Shown here: positions 52,362 to 60,280 of the stretch, piece after piece
Layout of the letters: every line of letters begins with the position of its first letter
Numbering within the stretch: position 1 is the first letter of the stretch
The notes under the pieces: model-generated
What the model saw: only the letters and a program-made list of their open reading frames with translations
The model's database searches: none
Told to the model about the DNA's origin: nothing
Position numbers and translations under genes: made by a program
Source: Desulfobulbaceae bacterium
Lineage (GTDB): Bacteria; Desulfobacterota; Desulfobulbia; Desulfobulbales; SURF-16
Assembly (NCBI GenBank): GCA_023230525.1
Contig: JALNXE010000001.1
Location: 39,488 to 103,487, forward strand
Direction: 5' to 3'
Length of the DNA stretch: 64,000 nucleotides

Positions 52362-54111
52362 CGTGGAGGGTTTTGATTTCAAAAACTCTCTCTCAGCACA
52401 TCCCAATGTCACTTCCCTTAAAGAAATAAGTCTCAATGATATTGCGACGCGGGCTGTGTTTATTAAGGATAAGCTTGCAAAAGCTTTTATTGCCATTGTT
52501 CAAGTTGGGCCATTAGAGTATCAACTCTTCATCGGCGAGCCTAAAGGGTTTCCGGGGAAATTACCTTGGATTTTTTTCTTCAATCCAGAGCTACATGATT
52601 TCCATAACCATGTAAATTACAATGGTGAAATATGTTACACTGTTCAAAGTGATGGCATGTTCATTAATGTCAATCAGCCAGGGGCTGTGTTACATCAAGC
52701 ATTAAGTCAAGTTATTGAGATTCTTTCTGGCAGTGCAGACCGAAACTTATCAGAGCTTCATGAAGAGTTTGAAGGGTATTGGCATTCATTACCAGGCATC
52801 TTCGAGGCTCGATGTTTTTTTACCCCTACCCAAAATATTGATCAGATTACTGCTCTTTGTAATCCTGTATCAAAGCAAAATTTCACTCCCCGTATTTTAT
52901 TTAAAGAACCTCTCCCAGAAGGTTACGGCTATAATTATAGGCTGAAATCCCAACAGTCCAGAAAAGCATGGCATATACCGCTTGAAAAAAAAATATTACC
53001 TCCCAACCCTGATGCAGGATTAACCCCATTTTATGTCCGAAATTTATTGGATTCTGCCTCAGAATCACATAAAATCCAATTCCTTAAGTCTCAAGAGAAA
53101 AAAAAGAAAAAAGGGAAAAAACAAACTACAAGACAATGTGATATTTTGCTTTTTTCTCAAATGAGGCCGTCAGGTGCAATGTCTCTTTTTGGGGTCGTAG
53201 TAACAGGTACTTCAAAAACACCGTTTTTCTTGAGTTCAGAAGATAAAGGATGGGAATTAATCCCTTTTTCAATACAAAGACACAATCTTGAATATATTCT
53301 TGAACGTGGTGGAGCCCAGACATCATTACAGAAAAGAACTGTAGCGATATTTGGGTGTGGTGCTGTTGGATCGAGGATTGTAGAGCAGCTTGCTTTGTCA
53401 GGAATAGGGAAGTTAATTATTTTTGATAGTGATGATCTGAGTGAAGATAATATTTATCGGCATGTTCTCGGTGGGAAATATATTGATGAAAACAAAGCTG
53501 GAGCCATGGCTAAGTATTTAAAAGAACGCCTACCATATATAAGCGTTGTCCCTAAACCTATAAAAAGTGACCAGTGGTTGCAGAAAAAGGAATTGGAAGG
53601 TGTAGATATAATTGTGGATGCCACTGCTGATTTCACATCCATGCGAGCAATAAACCAAAATATGATTCAGGATTCTCTCTCTGTTCCAATCGTTTATTGT
53701 TGGTTAGAACCTTGCAGCATTGGGGGGCATTCTCTTTTGGTAGATGGAATTGCAGAAGGTTGCCTAGAATGTTTATTTGACAATACCGAGTTTGGTCCGT
53801 TTCTACGATGTGCCTTCCTGGAACCATACCAAAATTTAACAAAAGATTTGACAGGCTGCGGTGGAGTTTTCACCCCATTTTCATCTCTCGATGCCATAAA
53901 AACTGCCACATTATCTACTGAATTAGTTATAGAATACCTTCTCAAAAAACAAACCACCTCTTATAGCTTTTGGGTTGGGAATGACGATATTGCCAAGAAG
54001 GAAGGATTAAAAACAACTGAATGGTATAAAAAAGCCGCCAATAAAAATAGTTCAGAGATTGCAAAGAGATTTCGTCAAAAGCATTGTCCTGCCTGTGGAG
54101 GACAAATTTAA
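52336..54111 (+). CDS. cap2: Cap2 (E2-like + E1/ThiF-like fusion)
   Basis: Contains an N-terminal UBC-like region (HVNYNGEICYTV) and a ThiF/E1 Rossmann fold (VAIFGCGAVGSRIVEQLALSGIGKLIIFDSDDL). A C-terminal CPACGG zinc motif is also present. The exact start is uncertain. Confidence 0.8.
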   Translation: MHRLEGAHNVEGFDFKNSLSAHPNVTSLKEISLNDIATRAVFIKDKLAKAFIAIVQVGPLEYQLFIGEPKGFPGKLPWIFFFNPELHDFHNHVNYNGEICYTVQSDGMFINVNQPGAVLHQALSQVIEILSGSADRNLSELHEEFEGYWHSLPGIFEARCFFTPTQNIDQITALCNPVSKQNFTPRILFKEPLPEGYGYNYRLKSQQSRKAWHIPLEKKILPPNPDAGLTPFYVRNLLDSASESHKIQFLKSQEKKKKKGKKQTTRQCDILLFSQMRPSGAMSLFGVVVTGTSKTPFFLSSEDKGWELIPFSIQRHNLEYILERGGAQTSLQKRTVAIFGCGAVGSRIVEQLALSGIGKLIIFDSDDLSEDNIYRHVLGGKYIDENKAGAMAKYLKERLPYISVVPKPIKSDQWLQKKELEGVDIIVDATADFTSMRAINQNMIQDSLSVPIVYCWLEPCSIGGHSLLVDGIAEGCLECLFDNTEFGPFLRCAFLEPYQNLTKDLTGCGGVFTPFSSLDAIKTATLSTELVIEYLLKKQTTSYSFWVGNDDIAKKEGLKTTEWYKKAANKNSSEIAKRFRQKHCPACGGQI

Positions 54112-54593
54112 TGCGTATGGCTTATTCGCTGGAGCATGATCGGAAGTTTATTATTACTGAGCCTGTTGTTGATCTCCTTATGAATTACCGCCAAACAGAC
54201 AAATGGCAAAAAGAAGCTGGAGGTTTGCTCATAGGAAGACATCTCTTAGAAGAGGATCATCTTGTTGTAGATCGGATCACTGAGCCTACATGGTGGGATA
54301 AACGGTTACGGACATTTTTTTTTCGTTCAAACAGGCATAATCGGATTTTATATAAGACGTGGAATGATTCGAATAAAACCCTAACTCTATTGGGACTTTG
54401 GCATACCCATCCTGAACCTATTCCAACCCCTTCAGTAGTAGATTATAAAGATTGGGAAAACACTCTTCTTCAAGGGGAGTATTTTGGTGATTTTCTTGTC
54501 TTTATGATAGTCGGCACTCAAAAAATACGGATATGGCGCGGCGATAAACATGCCCGATTTTTAGAAATGAATGAGATATTGAAGAATGAATAA
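54111..54593 (+). CDS. cap3: Cap3 (JAB/JAMM-family isopeptidase)
   Basis: JAMM motif LWHTHPEPIPTPSVVD plus an upstream EAGGLLIG. The start is taken at the TAATG overlap with the cap2 stop; the ORF track starts at 54084. Confidence 0.8.
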   Translation: MRMAYSLEHDRKFIITEPVVDLLMNYRQTDKWQKEAGGLLIGRHLLEEDHLVVDRITEPTWWDKRLRTFFFRSNRHNRILYKTWNDSNKTLTLLGLWHTHPEPIPTPSVVDYKDWENTLLQGEYFGDFLVFMIVGTQKIRIWRGDKHARFLEMNEILKNE

Positions 54594-55662
54594 AAAAGTT
54601 AATGTGTTGAATTTGCTTTGGCAGTTTTGGAATCAGTGGCTCAAATATAGAAATGTTGATCCCATTATAGGTTTTGCAAGGCTATTGGTAGGTCTTGGAG
54701 TAGGGCTCATTGCTCCTGGGGGAGTATGGTGGCTTATGGTTGCCCTGGAAATCAGACCTGAAAAACTACCGGTCTCACTTACATTTAGCTTTGGGCCTGA
54801 AACCGTTACATATACTGGATTGATTTTGTTGGCGATTGGTGTCTCTCTGGGGATTTGGGGAGTCCATAGGGTAAGAAAGACGCGATCCTGTTGTTTAATT
54901 TACATGCGAGGTATGCCAGGTATGCATGATCAGCCTCCTTTTGTTGATTTGCCGCCTAGGTATCGATTCGGAGAGGTTACGCATTTTTTACTAGATTCCC
55001 ATAATCGAAGTCCGCAGGATGTACTTCAGGATATCGAAATGTTAAGAAAAATGCTTGATGACAAAATATTATCGATGAATATCGAAGCACCCATTGTCAT
55101 ATTTGCAGGTTTAGCACCTGTGCCCCTCTTGTATGCCACAGGGGTATGCTTGTTGAATCGCAGCAATCTTAAGGTAATGGATTACAATCGGTTCGAGCAA
55201 AAATGGCACATGCTAGACGATCTTGATGATGGTGACCATTTAAAGATATTATACCCTAAATGTGTAGTAGGAACTGAAATAGCAATTGCAATTTCTTTTA
55301 CTCTTTTGATTAGCAAATCACAGCTCCCACCAAATTTCAGGGATAAAACTATTTGGATTTATTTGAATAAATCAGAACCAAAGGCTGATGCTCTTAGCAG
55401 CGAAGAAAAACTTAAAAGAGTGTTGCGAGAGTTGCATGACATGATCCGCAACTTACGGAGTCGCAAAGGCTACGAAGATGTGGGGAAAATTCATTTATTT
55501 GTCGCTGCACAATCTTCAACCGTATTTAAGTTAGGCACGGAATTTCAAGCCAATGTTTATCCTGATATTCGTATATATCATTTTAATGGAGGTGAAGGGA
55601 AATATACGTGGGGTGTTTCAGTAAAGAATAACAAAATTGAGGTAGTTGAAGCATCCAGCTGA
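54586..55662 (+). CDS. Transmembrane-SAVED CBASS effector (Cap14-like by my recollection of the nomenclature)
   Basis: It has N-terminal hydrophobic helices (LLVGLGVGLIAPGGVWWLMVAL, YTGLILLAIGVSLGIWGV). The C-terminal SAVED-like features are IVIFAGLAPVPLLYATG and IHLFVAAQSSTVFKLG…IRIYHF. Confidence 0.65.
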   Translation: MNKKVNVLNLLWQFWNQWLKYRNVDPIIGFARLLVGLGVGLIAPGGVWWLMVALEIRPEKLPVSLTFSFGPETVTYTGLILLAIGVSLGIWGVHRVRKTRSCCLIYMRGMPGMHDQPPFVDLPPRYRFGEVTHFLLDSHNRSPQDVLQDIEMLRKMLDDKILSMNIEAPIVIFAGLAPVPLLYATGVCLLNRSNLKVMDYNRFEQKWHMLDDLDDGDHLKILYPKCVVGTEIAIAISFTLLISKSQLPPNFRDKTIWIYLNKSEPKADALSSEEKLKRVLRELHDMIRNLRSRKGYEDVGKIHLFVAAQSSTVFKLGTEFQANVYPDIRIYHFNGGEGKYTWGVSVKNNKIEVVEASS

Positions 55663-55918
55663 TGGTTTCTCCAGACTCATCAAAGCAGCGGAAGCTCTTA
55701 ATACAGATGGATTCAATTTTCATCATCAATCTCCTGAAATTCTTGCTTCCCTTGTGGCGCCTTATGGCGTAGGAATAAAGGAACATTATGTTGTGAGTAT
55801 GATTATCTTGTAAGTTTATAAACCTGATATGCTTCTACTTCCAGGTTCATTCTTTTCCTTCCTATGCTTTTTATACTGACTTGCCATAGGAAACCAAGCC
55901 GGAAACAGGACGCGTCTT

Positions 55919-58624
55919 TCACCACGGGACAGAAAGACGATCCACAACATCCCTTCTTGCCAGAACCCTGGAGCAGAGTTCCCAGCGGTCACGGTCTGGG
56001 TCGATAGTTGTCTGGTATCGCATCTCGAAAACATTGCGGGCCTTCTGCCGAAGATGAATATATTCGTCCATCATCTTTTCAAGTAACTCAACGCTTTCAA
56101 TCCACTCATCCTCGATAGTGTCCGGAAGCCCGCCGAAAATATCGTATCTGTCTTTCATCCGACGGGAAAGCACCTGGTATACCTTCTCATCTTGGGTATC
56201 GTGATAAACGAGATTCAGCATATCCACATTGCGACGGGCCTGTCCAAACCGCTTGATGCGGCCTAACCGCTGTTCGAGCCGCGATGGATTCCAAGGCAGA
56301 TCGACATTAATAAGTGTGCCGAGAGTCTGCAGGTTCAGGCCTTCGCAGGCCGCATCTGTCGCAACCACAAGTCGGATTTCCCGTTTTTTGACAGAGTTCT
56401 TAATCTCCTCACGTTCTACTGAAGCGAAATCCTCCCCTCTGAACAGCCCACTCTTGCCAGTTCCGGCATAGACCCCGATTGTCTCACCAGCCAAAGATTT
56501 TGCCAATTCTTTACCAACGGAATAGGCGGTGTCGTAATACTGGCTGAAGATGATACAGCCATGCTCAAGCCAGGATTTCCCCTCACTTTGTTGCTCAGTG
56601 AGAAAGTGCTTTACCGCAGAAAGCTTAGGGTCTCGTGCTTCAGGCCGTGACAACTCTCGAACGATGGTCTGCAGATACGCAGCCTCTTCCCTGGTAAGAG
56701 AACCCAATGCCTCCAGCATCAACCGGGCCTGCTCCTCTTCCTCAAGTATTTCTCGGTGCAACATTTTTTCTGCTGTCGACCGGCCGGAGGCAAAACTTGA
56801 GCATATCCGCTGGAGAAGCATGGTCTTCATGAACCCCGCTGCTTTGGTGCGCTTTTGTAATGCTATGGTAAAAGACTCGGCTGCCTGGTAGGCAAGATCG
56901 AATGGTAAGTTTGTCAGCAAACCCAGGCCATTAAACCCTATACCCGCATAGGTCGTGGCAGGCACATCAGGATTCGGATGGATGCTTACCCCGATCTTTT
57001 CCAGCAGTCCCGCCTCTTCCAAAGTCTGCCGGCGTCGCAAAACCGTATGGCGAGTAATGGGGTTATTTTCTCGCAGAAATCCCGGTTCCATGGCTTGGCC
57101 GACAGCCTGTTGCTCAAGGAAACCCAAGGAACCAAACCCCTGATCGGAATAAAATACTTGCTCAGGCATTCCCAGCTGCAAACGTAATGCTGCAAACAGG
57201 GCGTTCTCACTCGCAGGAGGCAACGGATTGCGCAACCATTCCCAGGTGTCTCTTTCCTCAAGTGGCACTTCATCGCCCTTGATCACCGGAAGAGCTTTTC
57301 CAAAGTCGGCCCACCTGCTGTAAAATTCCTTGCCAAGAACAAAATCCGCACCGGCATTAAGGATAAGCAAGAGGTCCCAAAGTTCATGGACTTCAGTCTG
57401 GATCGGAGTTGCAGTACCAAGCAGTAGGTTCTTGGTCCGACCACCGATCTTCAACATGAATTCTAGCAGGTTGTTTGCCTCTTCCTTTCTTTGACCAAGC
57501 CCCCCACGTCGTCTTGCCTTATGCGCCTCGTCAAGAACCACTGTTCCATATTTCCGCTCAAGTAGAAATTGACGTTCGTTGGTTCCATGAAAGATGAGGC
57601 CTGTGGAAACAATGGCAATGCGGAACGGGCAACGGATGATGTCTTCAGAGCCGCGGGTCTTGATGATATGCCCCTTAGGGTCGGACCACACCTTCTTATT
57701 TGATGACCATACCGCACTCGGGATGCCGAGTTTATCAGACAGCTCCACCTGCCATTGCACTGTCAGCGTTGAAGGACAAAGGATCAAGACTGGTCCATCA
57801 TCAAGCAGAGCTGAAACCATAGAGCTTGCTGCCAGTGACAGTGTTTTGCCGACGCCTACCTCATCGGCAAGGAGGAGTCGAGCCTTGCCATAGGTCTCGC
57901 GATGCTGCAGGAACATGGTAACAAAGGAGCGCTGCCACGGCTGGAGCTGCTCCCCGCCACGATATATCGGGCTCTCGGCCAGGGCAGCGGCGGGCAGTTC
58001 ACCAGTTTTTATTTCCTCGAAGCGGATTTCGACACGATCAGCAACACGCTTGATTTCTTCAACAATGGCATCAGGAAGGGGGTAGGAGTCCTGCCAGAGA
58101 GCATCGAACTCCTCTTCAACCCAGGCAACACCTTCCGGCGATGGGTCTTCCCAGAGGATCTCATAGTTCTGAGCAAAGGCGCTCTTGGTTTCGTTGATGG
58201 AACCAAGAAAGCAGGTTTTGTTACCACTGGACAGCTCTATGACTCCTGCCTTGCCGTGAATGAATACACGGTCCTTTGGTACCACCCGTATTTCAACCCT
58301 GCCGCTGGTCAATAACTCATGCAGTTGCCGGTAACGGTCCCGATGGAGGAGCGCTTCAACTTCGGAAGGGACCTTGTTCCAACGCTCCTTGAGCGCTGTT
58401 TCACGGACATGTTTGGAAACGACCACATCGGCCGCGTCCAATTCGCTGTTGCATACTATCTGTACTTTTGGGATAGAGGCGATCTCTTCTCCAACCAACT
58501 CAAAAATCGAGCTGCGGAAATAGCCGGCAATGCGCTTATACGATTTTGCCTCCCGAAGCCGATCAGCGAGAAAAGCTCGGTCAAGCCGTTGTCTGCGGGA
58601 GGAGAAGCGGTTGATGTCGGTCAT
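55919..58624 (-). CDS. PLD (HKD) nuclease-domain / SNF2-family helicase fusion
   Basis: N-terminal HKD motif FIHGKAGVIE…FLGSINET. Helicase motifs LLADEVGVGKT, VVLDEAHKARR, ATDAACEGLNLQ, DLPWNPSRLEQRLGRIKRFGQ. Confidence 0.88.
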   Translation of the reverse strand: MTDINRFSSRRQRLDRAFLADRLREAKSYKRIAGYFRSSIFELVGEEIASIPKVQIVCNSELDAADVVVSKHVRETALKERWNKVPSEVEALLHRDRYRQLHELLTSGRVEIRVVPKDRVFIHGKAGVIELSSGNKTCFLGSINETKSAFAQNYEILWEDPSPEGVAWVEEEFDALWQDSYPLPDAIVEEIKRVADRVEIRFEEIKTGELPAAALAESPIYRGGEQLQPWQRSFVTMFLQHRETYGKARLLLADEVGVGKTLSLAASSMVSALLDDGPVLILCPSTLTVQWQVELSDKLGIPSAVWSSNKKVWSDPKGHIIKTRGSEDIIRCPFRIAIVSTGLIFHGTNERQFLLERKYGTVVLDEAHKARRRGGLGQRKEEANNLLEFMLKIGGRTKNLLLGTATPIQTEVHELWDLLLILNAGADFVLGKEFYSRWADFGKALPVIKGDEVPLEERDTWEWLRNPLPPASENALFAALRLQLGMPEQVFYSDQGFGSLGFLEQQAVGQAMEPGFLRENNPITRHTVLRRRQTLEEAGLLEKIGVSIHPNPDVPATTYAGIGFNGLGLLTNLPFDLAYQAAESFTIALQKRTKAAGFMKTMLLQRICSSFASGRSTAEKMLHREILEEEEQARLMLEALGSLTREEAAYLQTIVRELSRPEARDPKLSAVKHFLTEQQSEGKSWLEHGCIIFSQYYDTAYSVGKELAKSLAGETIGVYAGTGKSGLFRGEDFASVEREEIKNSVKKREIRLVVATDAACEGLNLQTLGTLINVDLPWNPSRLEQRLGRIKRFGQARRNVDMLNLVYHDTQDEKVYQVLSRRMKDRYDIFGGLPDTIEDEWIESVELLEKMMDEYIHLRQKARNVFEMRYQTTIDPDRDRWELCSRVLARRDVVDRLSVPW

Positions 58625-58651
58625 GCGACTGCCCTCAAAGAGTTCTGCCGA

Positions 58652-58759
58652 TCAAGTATCAGTCAAGTAGGAAAACAGAGGATATCATATTGATATCGCA
58701 GACATCATCTATTCTTCTTGATGCCTGGGTCTCGGTCCCAGTCAAGTACCCATCAAGTA
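58652..58759. promoter_or_regulatory. Two pairs of 11-bp-spaced TCAAGTA boxes flanking the palindrome GATATCA-N3-TGATATC (candidate operator/promoter module)
   Basis: TCAAGTA at 58652, 58663, 58742 and 58753; the palindrome is at 58681-58697. The same architecture is conserved in the repeat copy at 10770-10876. Confidence 0.35.
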
Positions 58760-60267
58760 ACTTTTTCATTTTTAGCCTGCTCAGCCTTCATATGGTCCGG
58801 AGCGGCCCACCAAGGAACATATTTCATCAATTTTGGCGCGGCGGAAGGATCGTGAGGAACAATGGCCCGTGCATCAGCAGCGTCCCGGATCAAACGAGAT
58901 GCCATCGAACGATTTTGTTCTTCTATCCCGAATCGTTCTCGCAGCGAGGTGTTTGTCAGAAAGTCGCGCTGGACATATTTCAGACAGGCGTGCAGATAAC
59001 AGGCACGAACCCGGTCATCCTTGTCCATTTCAGCCAGCGTCCGGTGAGAAAAAAGTATGGTGCGGGTGAATCCTTCCGGTGCTTCAAAAAGGGGCGCAGG
59101 AAGCTGAAAAGCCTCGGTCTGGAATACAACCTTGTCAATGCCGCTGCCGCGTTCCTCGCAGATGCGGAAACGTCGCATCAGAGAGGCGAGGGCCTCGTTG
59201 CGGGATTTTGGCGGAGTGTCGAGAAAACGCTCAGTGGACACCAGTGGCGTTCCGGGGTTGGTAATTTCGACTCGATCCTCAAACAGTTCCACCATCGGCC
59301 CGGCACCGGTAACAAAAAAATCCTGATGGATAAGGGCATTGGCCACCAGCTCCCGGATGGCAAGCTCCGGATACATGGGAACAGTTTTGCGTAAAGCCCG
59401 TTCAATCACTTCATTGGTCGGCACCAGGGCCATAATGAAACTGATCAGGCCTTCAAAGCCGGTGGCATATCCCTTGCCGTCAACCTGTTCACGCTGGGTT
59501 TCAACCCGTCCTTTCCCTCTGTAAAGGATGATGCGTGTGGTTTTACGTTTCAGTTTCGGAAAGTCATCCAGCTTTCTGGCAAACAGAATCGCGCCGAGAT
59601 TGGTGATGTTCCAGCCGCCTGCCTCGCATGGCTGGATGAGATTGTCTTCCCTGAGTGCGTCAAGAATGGCAGCCCGCCCATCGGGCAGAGGCAATTCCAG
59701 CAGTTCGAAATACGATGGGGCATCGAGAAGACGGAGCACCTCATCGCTTTCAAGATGTGTCTCGGCAATCCCGGCTTCAAAAGGGGTTTGATCGAGATGG
59801 CGCCACAAGGCCCGTTCCTTTTCCGGGAAGTCCTTTAACTTCTTTTTATAGGAACCGACCCGGATGAACTCTTGGGACTTGAATTTTACCGGGTGACGGA
59901 AGGCCGCCCCGATCTCCAGCAGAACAACCGGTTTTTCATCCACTGTTAAAGAAAAGAACCGGAAATTGATTTTGGGTTCGAGCAGCTTCAGAAGCCAGTT
60001 TTCCTGCGCTTCATTGCCGACCTTGATTGAACCAGGGACGAAGGTGGTGCCGATGATTTTATGGGTCGAGTTGTCAATCCCCCAGATCAGGTAGGCATTG
60101 ACTTTGCCCAGCAGCGCCGCTGAATTTGCCAATGCCGACAGATACTCCCCTATTTCCTCGGAATCTGCACGGTTGTGTTTGAACTCCACCCACTCGGTTT
60201 CAGTCGGCAGCTTTCGCAGTTCATGAACAAGGCCGGTTAAATATTCTATTGACCGGTCAACGGTCAT
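58753..60267 (-). CDS. AlbA_2 (Schlafen-like 'divergent AAA') + HATPase_c_4-type putative regulator
   Basis: TETEWVEFKHN… is the AlbA_2 signature, followed later by IRELVANALIHQDFFVTGAGPMVELFEDRVEITNPG. The preferred start is MTVDRS at 60267, with an AGGAG 7 nt upstream, 13 nt after the methylase stop. Confidence 0.7.
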   Translation of the reverse strand: MTVDRSIEYLTGLVHELRKLPTETEWVEFKHNRADSEEIGEYLSALANSAALLGKVNAYLIWGIDNSTHKIIGTTFVPGSIKVGNEAQENWLLKLLEPKINFRFFSLTVDEKPVVLLEIGAAFRHPVKFKSQEFIRVGSYKKKLKDFPEKERALWRHLDQTPFEAGIAETHLESDEVLRLLDAPSYFELLELPLPDGRAAILDALREDNLIQPCEAGGWNITNLGAILFARKLDDFPKLKRKTTRIILYRGKGRVETQREQVDGKGYATGFEGLISFIMALVPTNEVIERALRKTVPMYPELAIRELVANALIHQDFFVTGAGPMVELFEDRVEITNPGTPLVSTERFLDTPPKSRNEALASLMRRFRICEERGSGIDKVVFQTEAFQLPAPLFEAPEGFTRTILFSHRTLAEMDKDDRVRACYLHACLKYVQRDFLTNTSLRERFGIEEQNRSMASRLIRDAADARAIVPHDPSAAPKLMKYVPWWAAPDHMKAEQAKNEKVT

Positions 60268-60280
60268 AGTGTCACTCCTA

